A stretch of 64,000 nt of DNA from Thermoproteota archaeon (GCA_030550585.1 JAUQPB010000003.1:68333-132332); one strand, 5' to 3'. Shown: positions 28,544 through 40,264, counted from the stretch's first letter. Program-made: numbers and translations. The notes: generated by a model not told the origin, from the sequence alone.

Positions 28544-28580
28544 ATTAGCCTTTCCTTCGATTTTATTGACTGGATTTTAC

Positions 28581-28633
28581 ATGTGCTGAAAGCGCTCTTC
28601 GCTGAGTTATGATGAAGAGCAATCCAGCTGAGT
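28581..28633 (+). ncRNA. C/D-box-like (k-turn) sRNA
   Basis: C GTGCTGA 28583, 12 nt, D' CTGA 28602, C' ATGATGA 28609, 12 nt, D CTGA 28628. Confidence 0.72.
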
Positions 28634-28689
28634 TTTTAACTTCTACACCTAATTCTGGGCTGTGCAGAAGCTGGTTTGAGGCGTTGACG

Positions 28690-30240
28690 ATGTCTACTAC
28701 GCACAGGTTTTGGCGTTTTGTTGAGATTGGGGTAGATCCGTATCTCACAGAATATCGATATGATGTGACAACAACGCTTAGCGATATAAGAGCCAAGTAT
28801 AGCTATCTAGAGAAAGGAGGGGAGGCAAAAGAGAGATTTTCTGTTGCTGGAAGAATTATGGGGATTAGAAGGCATGGCAAGATAGTTTTTGCTGTACTAG
28901 ACGATGGTACAGCACAGCTACAGATAGTTTTTAGACATGATGTTCTAGGTGATGCAATGTGGAGGCTAGTTGAATTGCTTAACGTTGGTGACATAGTAGG
29001 TGTTAGAGGGAGACCTATTAAAACTCTTCGCGGAGAACTATCACTACTTGTCGAAGAGTTCAAGGTATTAGCTATTACATGGAGAGACTTCCCCGAGAAA
29101 TGGCATGGACTAGCAGATTCTGAGAAAAGATATAGAATGAGATACCTTGACATGATGCTAAACGAAGACGTTAGAAAGGCTATAATATCCATGTACAAAA
29201 TAGAGAAGGCATTTAGAGACTTCCTCGATTCAAGAGGTTTTATAGAGATTCATACACCAAAGCTACAAGCGGTGTATGGAGGGGCTCTAGCAAGACCATT
29301 TGTAACAAGAATGTATGCCCTTGATAGGGATGTTTATCTAAGTATAGCGCCAGAGACATATCTGAAGAGAGCTGTTGTAGCCAACCTCTTTAAGGTGTAT
29401 GAGATTGCCGTTTGCTTTAGAAATGAGGATATAGATGCCCAGCACTACCCAGAATTCGTACAAATAGAGATATACCAAGCCTTCTCAGATTGGCTAGACA
29501 TGATGAAGCTTGTAGAGGAAATGATTTCCAGTGCTATAAAGACTGTTTATGGCGACTATAAAATTGAGGTGAGTAGAGGAGAGGAAAAAGTAGTCCTCGA
29601 TTTTAACCCGCCATGGACTAGAATAACTATAGAGGATGCCATAGAAAAATTTGGCAACATAAAGATAAAGGGGAAGGACTACAACGAATTGATAGAAATC
29701 GCTAAGAGCCTAGATATAAAAATTGATGATCCGAGGAGAGGAAAGATCATAGAAAAGATCTTCGAGAAAGTTGCAGAACCAAAAATAGTCCAACCAACAT
29801 TCATAACAATGTTCCCTAGGGATGTATCCCCTCTTGCAAGGCCATCGAGAGAGGATCCAGAGTATGCTGAAAGATTCGAGATCTTCATAAACGGTCTTGA
29901 AGTAGGAAATGGCTACAGCGAGCTCAACAACCCCATTGTACAATACTATTTCTTCAAGAAGGAAGAGGAGCTGAGAATAAAGAGCAAGGAAAAATTTGGG
30001 GAGGTAGAACATCACCCAATGGACAAAGACTATGTTAGAGCTCTAGAATATGGCATGCCACCAACCGCAGGGGTTGGAATAGGCATTTACAGACTTGTTA
30101 TGATTCTCCATGGTCTTCCATCGATAAAGGATGTCATACCCTTCACCATAGTCGAACAAGACGATTTCAAGACCATTGCAGAGCAGTATAACGATATTTT
30201 GAACTACTATGTGGATAGACTCAAACTTGATAAGATATAG
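28690..30240 (+). CDS. lysS: Lysine--tRNA ligase, class II
   Basis: OB fold, YGGALARPF, YLSIAPE, FRNED, GNGYSELN and ALEYGMPPTAGVGIG motifs. Start moved to MSTTHRF because the longer ATG is the sRNA C' box. Confidence 0.95.
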   Translation: MSTTHRFWRFVEIGVDPYLTEYRYDVTTTLSDIRAKYSYLEKGGEAKERFSVAGRIMGIRRHGKIVFAVLDDGTAQLQIVFRHDVLGDAMWRLVELLNVGDIVGVRGRPIKTLRGELSLLVEEFKVLAITWRDFPEKWHGLADSEKRYRMRYLDMMLNEDVRKAIISMYKIEKAFRDFLDSRGFIEIHTPKLQAVYGGALARPFVTRMYALDRDVYLSIAPETYLKRAVVANLFKVYEIAVCFRNEDIDAQHYPEFVQIEIYQAFSDWLDMMKLVEEMISSAIKTVYGDYKIEVSRGEEKVVLDFNPPWTRITIEDAIEKFGNIKIKGKDYNELIEIAKSLDIKIDDPRRGKIIEKIFEKVAEPKIVQPTFITMFPRDVSPLARPSREDPEYAERFEIFINGLEVGNGYSELNNPIVQYYFFKKEEELRIKSKEKFGEVEHHPMDKDYVRALEYGMPPTAGVGIGIYRLVMILHGLPSIKDVIPFTIVEQDDFKTIAEQYNDILNYYVDRLKLDKI

Positions 30241-30302
30241 CCACGGCATTGAAATTAATATACCGAGTAAAATAGTTATTTTAAGTTTAGAAGGCGACTA
30301 GA

Positions 30303-31112
30303 ATGCCAATAGGACCTGCTGAAATTTTTGGAATATTCCTTCTAATCATGATAATAGCTATAATACTCTCGAAATCCATTAGGATTGTTAGAGAATGGGA
30401 GAGAATGATTGTTCTAAGACTAGGGAAATATGTTGGGATTAGAGGACCTGGTCTAGTTTTCTTAGTGCCATTCATAGATAGAGGGATAATTGTTGATACA
30501 AGGATAAACACTGTTGATGTTCCTAAACAGGATGTTATAACAAGAGATAATGTAACCGTTAGAATAGATGCTGTGGTCTATTACAGAGTTCTAGACCCTG
30601 AAAAAGCTGTAATGAAAGTGAGGGACTATAACTATGCCATTGCAATGCTTGCACAAACAACTATAAGAGATGTGGTGGGGCAACTAGAATTAGATGATAT
30701 ACTGGCTCGCCGTGAGGAGATCAATAAGAGGGTTCAAAGCATAATTGATGAGATTACCGAGCCTTGGGGAGTCAAAGTTTCTATGGTCACCTTGAGAGCA
30801 GTTGAATTGCCGGAGGGTATGATAAGGGCTATGGCCTATCAGGCAGAAGCTGAGAGGATTAGGAGGGCGAGGATCATCGAAGCCGAGGCTGAAAGGTCTG
30901 CAGCAAAGATATTGCTAGAGGCTGCTTTGACCTATGAGCAGCATCCTGTGGCGCTTAGGCTTAGAGAGCTTCAGACATATGTTGATATTGCAAAAGAGAA
31001 GAACGTGATAATAATCACTGAGAGCGGTATCTCTAAAACAGTTGCAGAAGCTGTTGCATCGTCGCTGGCCATAGGAAAGATGAAACCTAGTGAAACAACA
31101 GGTAAAGAGTAG
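30303..31112 (+). CDS. Stomatin/slipin SPFH protein
   Basis: GPGL..L.P.ID, QDVITRDNV, WGVKV and QAEAER motifs. Confidence 0.93.
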   Translation: MPIGPAEIFGIFLLIMIIAIILSKSIRIVREWERMIVLRLGKYVGIRGPGLVFLVPFIDRGIIVDTRINTVDVPKQDVITRDNVTVRIDAVVYYRVLDPEKAVMKVRDYNYAIAMLAQTTIRDVVGQLELDDILARREEINKRVQSIIDEITEPWGVKVSMVTLRAVELPEGMIRAMAYQAEAERIRRARIIEAEAERSAAKILLEAALTYEQHPVALRLRELQTYVDIAKEKNVIIITESGISKTVAEAVASSLAIGKMKPSETTGKE

Positions 31113-31118
31113 AACGCC

Positions 31119-32459
31119 ATGAAATTTGCAGACATATCTAAAGCAACTGTTTTTGTGCTTTTGGCGTTCTCATTCACAATAACACTTGTACAAAGCAGCA
31201 TAGCGAACTCTCAGACGGGATCAAATGCTGTTCTAATAAGAATACAAGGGTCGATGGAAACAATAGATGTTCCAACAGAGCTTTACATCAAAGAGGCTTT
31301 GTCGCTTGCCGAGCAACGAAACGTGCCACTAGTAGTTGTGGTAGACAGTTATGGTGGCTACATGGACTCTATGATCAACATCGCTAATGCCTTTCTGAAT
31401 GCGAGAATCCCCGTACTGGGTTATATAGCCGACAAGGCGATGAGCGCTGCAAGCATAATTGTACAGCCAATGCACATCGTGGGTATATCGCCATATGGTG
31501 TTATAGGTGCTGCTCAACCAATATCAGTAAACCCTGTTACAGGCCAGTATGAGTTTATCAATGAGAGTAAGATAATAAATAGTGTTGTGGCTATGGCCAC
31601 AAGATATGCGGAGGCTAGGGGCAGAAACTCGACAGCTGTTGTAATGTTTATTACAAAGAACCTAGTTTTAAAGGGTGAAGAAGCTGTTAGAGAAAAGGTT
31701 GTTGATGTTGTTGCAAACGATTTAAACGATTTCATAGCAAAGGTTAATGGTAGGATAGTGACGGTCGAGCATGATGGGACTAAAGTAAATTATACAATAG
31801 ATATAGCAGGATTGGACGAGTTTTCCCCACCTATATACATACAGATATATGGCTATCTAAGAGACCCTACAGTAAATTCGATTCTATGGTTTATAGGGTT
31901 CTTCGGAACGTTCATAGCTCTTCTCTCTGGCAGAATAGATATTTTGCCAATCACAATAGTGTTTCTATTACTAGCATTGCTCGGAGGCTCAATAAACATA
32001 AACATTGTTGCAGTAATGCTTATAGCTCTTGGCTCTCTGCTCATTGCACTAGAGTTTATGTTTCCAACCCATGGTCTGCTAGGAGTTGGAGGAATAATAT
32101 CACTTCTATTTGGGGTCTTACTCATGCCCATCTCTCCAGCTACACAAATAGCACCTAGTTTTATAGAGAGCGTCAGAACATTTGCAATAATACTTGGCGG
32201 TGGTCTCACAGGCTTCTTCTCCTTCATATTATACAAGGCTATAGAGGCAAATAGGAAAAGAAGAAGAGCTGTGTCTAAGATATCGAATAACGTAGCCAAG
32301 GTTGTTGAGCGTATAGAGCCAGGTAAAAGAGGTAGGGTGGTGTTTGAGGGTGAGTACTGGTTTGCTGAAAGTGATGATGTTCTAGAGCCAGGCGAAGAGG
32401 TTGTTGTAGTTGATAGGAAGGGCTTTGTTTTGATAGTTAAGAAAAAGAAGCAGGTTTAG
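31119..32459 (+). CDS. nfeD: NfeD/STOPP membrane serine protease (stomatin partner)
   Basis: DSYGG, AMSAA, GAAQP, TM bundle and C-terminal OB domain GEYW.A. Confidence 0.9.
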   Translation: MKFADISKATVFVLLAFSFTITLVQSSIANSQTGSNAVLIRIQGSMETIDVPTELYIKEALSLAEQRNVPLVVVVDSYGGYMDSMINIANAFLNARIPVLGYIADKAMSAASIIVQPMHIVGISPYGVIGAAQPISVNPVTGQYEFINESKIINSVVAMATRYAEARGRNSTAVVMFITKNLVLKGEEAVREKVVDVVANDLNDFIAKVNGRIVTVEHDGTKVNYTIDIAGLDEFSPPIYIQIYGYLRDPTVNSILWFIGFFGTFIALLSGRIDILPITIVFLLLALLGGSININIVAVMLIALGSLLIALEFMFPTHGLLGVGGIISLLFGVLLMPISPATQIAPSFIESVRTFAIILGGGLTGFFSFILYKAIEANRKRRRAVSKISNNVAKVVERIEPGKRGRVVFEGEYWFAESDDVLEPGEEVVVVDRKGFVLIVKKKKQV

Positions 32460-32479
32460 TTGAAGAGAGTTATACTGCT

Positions 32480-33190
32480 TCACTCCTCCTCTTCTTCCTC
32501 AACCTTGGGCATTGGTACAGCAGCAACCCTTTCTCTAATCGCATTCATTATTTTTAGCGCTTCATCATAGCTTACATGCTTAGCTGTCTGCATGACTGCC
32601 GACAATGTCGTTTTTAGGGATTCCTCAACTGTTTTGCCGGGCTGTATCTCAAGCCTTATCTTCTCAAATATTGCGGGGGTCGGCTCTATCACAGCCCCTC
32701 TCTTCAAAATCGCAAGAGTGTCGTTAACCGGTGTTAGAATTGCTGCGCCCACCTCCCTCTCGCCAAGCTTTATTGCGAAAACCACATCGCCATCAAATGT
32801 CTCGCCAAGTTTCGTTACATCGTATGCCACAGCAGCTAAAGCAACTTCAGATGCCTTTGACACCAGCTGTTTTACAATAGAGTCTACCTGTTCTTGGGGA
32901 ACCCTTCTGAAAACCTCTACAGATAGGGTATCCCACTTCCACACAATATTCTTATTCGCCTCATCCACTTCATATTCAATTCTAATTCTGACAACATCGC
33001 CTTTATCGATCTTGAGTTGCTCAACAAACACAGAATATAGTAATCTGTTTAGCTGGGCCACTGCAAACGCTATCTTCTGCCCCCACTCCTTGTCCCTTCT
33101 TATATAGTCCCTAAGCTGAGCAAACATTGTCCTCCTGATCTTATCAGCATATGCACCAGCTATTACAAACCCAGAGCTTAGCCTAGCCAC
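32480..33190 (-). CDS. ThermoDBP-related ssDNA/RNA-binding protein (DUF2258, long form)
   Basis: LSSGFVIAGAYADKIRR and KGDVVRIRIEYEV motifs; acidic tail. Confidence 0.85.
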   Translation of the reverse strand: MARLSSGFVIAGAYADKIRRTMFAQLRDYIRRDKEWGQKIAFAVAQLNRLLYSVFVEQLKIDKGDVVRIRIEYEVDEANKNIVWKWDTLSVEVFRRVPQEQVDSIVKQLVSKASEVALAAVAYDVTKLGETFDGDVVFAIKLGEREVGAAILTPVNDTLAILKRGAVIEPTPAIFEKIRLEIQPGKTVEESLKTTLSAVMQTAKHVSYDEALKIMNAIRERVAAVPMPKVEEEEEE

Positions 33191-33269
33191 AGTCTCACCC
33201 GATAATACGTTTTCTGGTAAAAACTCAAAAACTTATCTGATTTATGAACATAGAGAGTGACCTAAATAA

Positions 33270-34631
<1,362 letters not shown>

Positions 34632-34635
34632 TTTT

Positions 34636-34848
34636 ATGAAGATAGAGGTTGAACTAGTTGAAACATATAGATATGAAGGTATTCCTGGAACAAGATTCAG
34701 GTTTAGAATCAAGGGAACGAATATATACTTTAATGTCACAGCAGACAATTTAGAAGAGGCGGCAGCAAAAGTTGAGCAAATGATTAGAAATCTAGAGCTT
34801 GACAAATATTTAGAGAAGGTGATGAAAGATGACGACAAAAAAACTTAG
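34636..34848 (+). CDS. Small hypothetical protein
   Basis: MKIEVEL... directly after the aminotransferase stop. Confidence 0.7.
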   Translation: MKIEVELVETYRYEGIPGTRFRFRIKGTNIYFNVTADNLEEAAAKVEQMIRNLELDKYLEKVMKDDDKKT

Positions 34849-35083
34849 ATGTATGGTATGTGGAAGGCTATTTCATGATGGACAAGGAGTAAAAATTGTT
34901 GCAGGTGGGAAAGAGCTTTATTTCCATTCAAAAACATGTGCACTAAAATTCTTTAAAAGTATGGTTCTATATATAGATCGAGAAGAGCTCGAGAAATCCG
35001 TTTCAGCAACACTAAAAGAGTTTGAGAATAGACTTAAAGAAGTTGAAGAGAGGAGTAGAAAAAGGATAGAGGACATGCTATAA
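34829..35083 (+). CDS. Small TRASH/YHS-like metal-binding protein
   Basis: CMVCG...YFHSKTCA pattern. Confidence 0.7.
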   Translation: MTTKKLRCMVCGRLFHDGQGVKIVAGGKELYFHSKTCALKFFKSMVLYIDREELEKSVSATLKEFENRLKEVEERSRKRIEDML

Positions 35084-35086
35084 AAT

Positions 35087-35449
35087 CTATGTTCTCGGCG
35101 AATAAATGGGGCACAATGCACAGACATAAAATGCAGAATTAACGTTGAATCTTGTTATCCCATCTCTATCAATTACCGCACTATCACCAAGATTCTTCTT
35201 AACCTCATCAGCAACTTCTTTTGGCATTTTCCAACCCATACAAACACCATTTGAATTCATCTTACATGTCAACATCTTCCAACGACCAATCAAATTACTA
35301 ATATATGCAAAATTCTTTGCTTGTTGCACTACACTACTTAGACTATCTATGTTACGTATTAATTCCTCGATCTTCTGCCTAAGTTCAACAACATTTTGAT
35401 GCGGCATAAACTCTGCCAAGAGATTTGCCTCCGAAACATTTTGTGACAT
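35087..35449 (-). CDS. Hypothetical protein with four Cys
   Basis: C...C..W and C-terminal CALCP; GGTG RBS upstream. Confidence 0.7.
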   Translation of the reverse strand: MSQNVSEANLLAEFMPHQNVVELRQKIEELIRNIDSLSSVVQQAKNFAYISNLIGRWKMLTCKMNSNGVCMGWKMPKEVADEVKKNLGDSAVIDRDGITRFNVNSAFYVCALCPIYSPRT

Positions 35450-35724
35450 CTAACACACCATCATAAAATTAACCAGTGAATAGATTAAAAATCGAGAGAC
35501 TCATTAATACAAAAATTTTAGAATACACCTATAGGCCAGGATGTGGAGACAATTCTATATTATTTAAATCCAACTGCTACAAAATGAAGATCTGCCGATG
35601 GAAACATTGAAATCTTCGAGAGGTAAAGGCCACCTCTAATTTCAAATCAAGCCTACCTAAAACCACACTAAAGGTGTTATCATTATAGTTAGAGATGGAA
35701 AAACAAAAACTTTTCTACACCAAG

Positions 35725-36213
35725 CTACTTTCTCTGTGCCAGCATATTGTCTAGCGCAAGTAGCGCTGCAGGAGAATCTTTAACTAGCTTTACTTTTGCT
35801 AGTAAATCAGCTGCGTTTTTCTCCTCCTCAACTTGTTCGTCTATAAACCACTTCAGAAATGACTCTGTTGCTTTATCTCCCTTGCTCCTTGCTAGCTCCA
35901 CCAAGTTCCATATCTTCTTGGTGTTCTCTGTTTCTGCTCTATAGAACTCCTCAATAGCTTCTAAAATGCTGCCCCAACCAGATTTTGGTTTTGGCACCTC
36001 AAATAGTTCTACTCTGCCACCCCTATCAATGATATAGCTGTAGATCTTCATAGCATGTTCAAGCTCTTCTCGAGCCTGAACCTTAAAGTAGTGAGCAAAA
36101 CCACTAAGACTTAGTTCATCAAAGTAGCTGGCTATAGAGAGATAGAGATACGCATTCTGAAGCTCCTGATTGAGTTGCCTATTAAGTGCTTCTAAAACCT
36201 CTCCACTAAGCAT
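35725..36213 (-). CDS. ftn: Non-haem ferritin
   Basis: QLNQE, YLSIA, EELEHA and FLKWFIDEQVEEE ferroxidase motifs. Confidence 0.95.
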   Translation of the reverse strand: MLSGEVLEALNRQLNQELQNAYLYLSIASYFDELSLSGFAHYFKVQAREELEHAMKIYSYIIDRGGRVELFEVPKPKSGWGSILEAIEEFYRAETENTKKIWNLVELARSKGDKATESFLKWFIDEQVEEEKNAADLLAKVKLVKDSPAALLALDNMLAQRK

Positions 36214-36497
36214 ATCATTTCACCAGCTGTAACCATTATGTCATAAATTATATTTAAATATAACTTTCTTGACCAAACTAAAGTCAAAAGGTATTGAACA
36301 TTGCATTTTTTCTAACTAGCTTATCCTTCAATCTTCTGTTTACCAGTCTTCGCAACTCTTATGAAAGGTCTTGAAGTAGAGACTAATGTTCTTTAGGAAC
36401 GTATTCAATGTTATCAAGACAACAAAAATTCATTAGTTATCAATTCATTGGTGTTAAAAAAGCGAAGGCTTTAGTTGTTATATAGAGCATTCTTTGG

Positions 36498-36585
36498 TGG
36501 TGCGGGGGGTGGGATTTGAACCCACGCAGGCCTACGCCATCGGGTCCTGAGCCCGACCCCTTTGACCTGGCTCGGGCACCCCCGC
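36498..36585 (-). tRNA. tRNA-Leu(CAG), intronless, CCA encoded
   Basis: TCGGG-CTCAGGA-CCCGA anticodon arm; long variable arm. Confidence 0.97.
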
Positions 36586-36673
36586 ACTATTTCCATGTCT
36601 AGCATTCATACCGTGTTGTAAACTTTAATTTTGTGGTTTGATAAACTTATCTGTTGTTGCATTTATTATTTGA

Positions 36674-36910
36674 TTAAGCAATACCGTTTTTCGAATTTTG
36701 GAGTAGTTTCTCTAACTTGTTTTTATCATCGACTTGTTTAAGAATGCTAATGTATAACTTTATTGCATCTCTAATGAAATCAGATCTGCTTTTATAATGA
36801 TGTTTCCTGCACAAGTCTTCTATTTCGCTTAGTGTTTCAATATCGATTTTTACAGAAACGACCTTGGTTGCCATAATATCTAGTTCAATTTCAGCATTTC
36901 TATATCTCAT
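36674..36910 (-). CDS. Ribbon-helix-helix (CopG) regulator
   Basis: VVSVKID...SRSDFIRDAI; start may be 36874. Confidence 0.85.
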   Translation of the reverse strand: MRYRNAEIELDIMATKVVSVKIDIETLSEIEDLCRKHHYKSRSDFIRDAIKLYISILKQVDDKNKLEKLLQNSKNGIA

Positions 36911-37212
36911 TTATATCTACCTCCACTTTGCTACAGACAATAATTTTATGTGGCGAGCTATTTATCTATATCTATCAATGATGCCACATACCAGAAATCT
37001 ATGTAGCTTCATAGTATTGCTGCAACAGCTGTGCAAAGTTTGTACCATAATAAAATTGTATAATAATGCCAGGTATTACTTTAGAAATGCTTAAAATATA
37101 TTTATAAACTGCTTAAGTTAGCCTCTTATTAAGGCTCTGTTATTAAGCTTGATGCTAATTGGGTAGCCAGCTTATATATTTTTATGAAAATTAGTTATTC
37201 TTATGGGAATTT

Positions 37213-37638
37213 TTGATGAGATCCTCAGCTGAAGATGTTTTAGAATATCTGATCATAAAGGTGCTTGCAGGCAAGGATAATGTTGTCAATGCGCTATCTG
37301 ATTACTTTATTGTTGGTGAGAGCCCTAGTGTTGTGGCATTAAAATATGGTTTGAGCAAGCATCAGGTAAGGGGATATGCGCAAAGAATCATCGAAAAAAT
37401 GGGTTCTGCCACAAAGGCGAGGGTGCTTTTAAAATATGCTGTACCAGTTGTAATTAAGATTAAGCCCATTGTGAAGAAGCTCAATGGCGCATTTGTTAAG
37501 TGTATGGTCTGTGGTGAGGAGCTTCCAATACAGATTATAGAAGACCATATAAGGAAAAAGCATGCTGCTATCGTTGAAGAATACATGTATTCTACAATAG
37601 AGTTGATCAGAAGAAACATCGCTGTTGAAAGTCGTTGA
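37213..37638 (+). CDS. HTH plus C2H2-type zinc-finger protein
   Basis: SPSVVALKYGLSKHQVRG helix-turn-helix; CMVC-x11-HIRKKH. Confidence 0.7.
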   Translation: MMRSSAEDVLEYLIIKVLAGKDNVVNALSDYFIVGESPSVVALKYGLSKHQVRGYAQRIIEKMGSATKARVLLKYAVPVVIKIKPIVKKLNGAFVKCMVCGEELPIQIIEDHIRKKHAAIVEEYMYSTIELIRRNIAVESR

Positions 37639-37688
37639 GGATACAAAAGGGTTTTAAGTTCTAAGCCTGATAATACTCAGTCAAAATT

Positions 37689-38132
37689 ATGATCAGGATT
37701 TGGACAAAGAATGAATTTCTAACTCACATCCCTAGAGGAAAGCATATTGCCATAGCTATTATGTTGATATATAGAGACTTGGCATGTGGTGGAAAGCCCT
37801 GTTTATTTGCTTCGCTTCCTTATGGTAAACATGACGATGTTGAATTCATTCAAAATATTGTCGACTCTCTTGCAAAATTGAATGAGATCTCATGTATAAT
37901 AAGTTTCTGTAGCAATATCCCAATAGTTAGTAAGAGTGTCGTTGGCTTATGTAACGGCAATCACTCTGTGGCTAAGCATAGATATGATGAAGCTTTGAAA
38001 TGTTTAACATTTTCAGACTTGCTGCTTGTAATATCAAATAGTGCCTTCATTCCAAGGATGCTTGCAAATCTTCTCTGCATAGCTCAGATGGAAAGCGTTG
38101 AAATCAATATTATAAATCTTAACAATACCTAG
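37689..38132 (+). CDS. Hypothetical protein
   Basis: 147-aa ORF filling the gap; no motif recognised. Confidence 0.45.
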   Translation: MIRIWTKNEFLTHIPRGKHIAIAIMLIYRDLACGGKPCLFASLPYGKHDDVEFIQNIVDSLAKLNEISCIISFCSNIPIVSKSVVGLCNGNHSVAKHRYDEALKCLTFSDLLLVISNSAFIPRMLANLLCIAQMESVEINIINLNNT

Positions 38133-38136
38133 ACAC

Positions 38137-38661
38137 TTACTTTAGTTTTTTGGCCATCAGATACGCGTCTTCGCCATCGAGATAATATTCCTCAAGCCTT
38201 TTTATTATTACGAATCCCAGCTTCTCATAAAGCTTTATTGCAGGTGCATTACTAACCCTAACCTCGAGATATGCTTCTGATGCGTCATATGAATATCCTA
38301 GAGCCCCTAGAACAGCTGATAAGAGATATGTTGCTATGCCCCTCCTTCTAAAGCCTTCTCTAACAGCAATGCTTACAATGTGACCCTTCTTAACCTTTTT
38401 ATTTGGATCGAAAAACGATTCTCCTTCCTCAATACGGGTTAGCACATAGCCAACAATACTATCATCAACTTCAGCAACGTAGAAAACATCGCCATACTTA
38501 TTCAGATGCTCCAACCAAAATGAAAGGGGGTAGTGCTCAGGTAAACACTCAATGTTTATAGCAATAACATAGTCTATATCCTTCTCAGAGGCCGGCCTTA
38601 TCCTGATATGCATAGCGCTATTCATTTCATTTACCCTTAACAACAAGATTGCATTCCACAA
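38137..38661 (-). CDS. N-terminal acetyltransferase (Ard1/RimI family)
   Basis: LPEHY, GHIVSIAV...RRRGIA, LEVRVSN and YYLDGEDAYLM motifs. Confidence 0.93.
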   Translation of the reverse strand: MWNAILLLRVNEMNSAMHIRIRPASEKDIDYVIAINIECLPEHYPLSFWLEHLNKYGDVFYVAEVDDSIVGYVLTRIEEGESFFDPNKKVKKGHIVSIAVREGFRRRGIATYLLSAVLGALGYSYDASEAYLEVRVSNAPAIKLYEKLGFVIIKRLEEYYLDGEDAYLMAKKLK

Positions 38662-38698
38662 TATTCAAAGGGATTCAGAAAAATTAAAATACTTTGTT

Positions 38699-39055
38699 TC
38701 AGCCTATTTTCTCATCGATTTTTATCAAATTCAATGCCTCGGCTATTTCTAAAGTCCATGCAGAAAACTCTTTTGCCAATAAATACGTTGCTGTTGCTTC
38801 ATCCACATCTTCATTTAACACCTCTTTAAACACCTCTCTAGCTATACCTGGATCTATTCTCTTCATAAACCTTTGTATCAGATCCTCCATTATTTTAAGC
38901 ATATCAAGAGCGTGCATCGAAACATTTCTAACTAAATCAATATCTTCTTCGTTTGGCAATACCTTTGACAAATCTATACCTCTCTTCCTGGCCTCATCAA
39001 CGTATCTCCTGATTAGCTGGGGATTTTTAACAAGCTTTCCACTACTAAGAAACAT
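38699..39055 (-). CDS. Hypothetical protein
   Basis: 118-aa ORF in tandem with its neighbours. Confidence 0.65.
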   Translation of the reverse strand: MFLSSGKLVKNPQLIRRYVDEARKRGIDLSKVLPNEEDIDLVRNVSMHALDMLKIMEDLIQRFMKRIDPGIAREVFKEVLNEDVDEATATYLLAKEFSAWTLEIAEALNLIKIDEKIG

Positions 39056-39061
39056 ATGGGT

Positions 39062-40264
39062 CTATAGCACCTCGCGTAATACATCAGCTAGTATGTGTAT
39101 ACCAATTCTTATGTCATTTTCAGATGGGTTAGAGTAGCTCAATCTCATAGCATCTAGACACTTGTCTTCATTTATGCAAAATCTTTTTCCTGGGGTGAAT
39201 ATTACACCTCTTTTTCTACTCAACTCCAAAATTTTTTCGGTATCAACATCTCTATTGAGTTTTAACCATGTGTAGAAGCCGCCCTTTGGGCTGGTTCTCG
39301 ATACTCCATCTGAAAGCTCTTCATCTATAAGCTCTATCATTATGTCTCTTTTGAGTCTGTACAAACTCTTCGCATATTCGATTGCCTTATCAACAACACC
39401 CTTCTTAAGAGCTGTCTCAACTATTAGTTGGCTTAGAGTAGATGTTCCTAGATCCATGAATTGTTTCATTATATGCATTTTCTTTGCTGTTTCATCATCA
39501 CCGACTATGATATATCCCATGCGCAGACCCGGCGCCAAAATTTTGCTAAAGGAGGATAGATAGACAACACTACCCGATTTATCTATGGATGCTATGGGTT
39601 TTGGTGCTTCCTCTTCAAAAGTTAAGAGGCCGTAGGCATCATCTTCAACTATGACAAAGTTATATCTTTCTGCAAGCTCTAAGAGATATTTTCGCCTCTC
39701 TTCACACATTGTTGTTCCTGTAGGGTTCTGAGCTATTGGCATTGTATAAACAAGTTTAATTCTCTTACCTTCTCTACCATATCTCTTGATAGCATCCTCC
39801 AACATCTCCACTTTCATTCCCTTATCATCAACCGGTATAGCAACAAATCTAACCCTCCTTAACCTAAACACGTTCAAGGCAAGCACATACGAGGGCTCTT
39901 CAACAACAACAATATCGCCAGGATCTATGAAAATCCTTGATATGAGGTCTAAGCCTTGTTGGGAGCCTGAAACAACTATTGTGTTATCTGAATTAGTTTT
40001 TAGACCTCTAGTTCTGTAGACGAACCTCGAAATCTCGTCTATGAGCGATGCAAACCCTGTTGATGGTGCATATTGCAAAGAGTTGTAGCCGTATCTCTTG
40101 AAAACCTCTATAGTAACAGCCTCAATATCTTTTACAGGAATTGTGCGTGGGTCTGGCACCCCACTTGCAAAATTGATTATCTTATCACTTGCTGCCGGTA
40201 TTTCAAGAGAGACAAAGTTCTCTTCTAATACCTTTGCTTCCTGTGAATACAGATCTTTGAACAT
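39062..40264 (-). CDS. Class I PLP aminotransferase (2-aminoadipate/aromatic type)
   Basis: GSQQGLD, QNPTG, EDDAY and SFSKILAPGLRMG motifs. Confidence 0.92.
   Translation of the reverse strand: MFKDLYSQEAKVLEENFVSLEIPAASDKIINFASGVPDPRTIPVKDIEAVTIEVFKRYGYNSLQYAPSTGFASLIDEISRFVYRTRGLKTNSDNTIVVSGSQQGLDLISRIFIDPGDIVVVEEPSYVLALNVFRLRRVRFVAIPVDDKGMKVEMLEDAIKRYGREGKRIKLVYTMPIAQNPTGTTMCEERRKYLLELAERYNFVIVEDDAYGLLTFEEEAPKPIASIDKSGSVVYLSSFSKILAPGLRMGYIIVGDDETAKKMHIMKQFMDLGTSTLSQLIVETALKKGVVDKAIEYAKSLYRLKRDIMIELIDEELSDGVSRTSPKGGFYTWLKLNRDVDTEKILELSRKRGVIFTPGKRFCINEDKCLDAMRLSYSNPSENDIRIGIHILADVLREVL

Noticed and set aside
35580-35645. ATGAAGA-led C/D-like stretch downstream of ferritin
   Set aside because: No CTGA D box at the right spacing.
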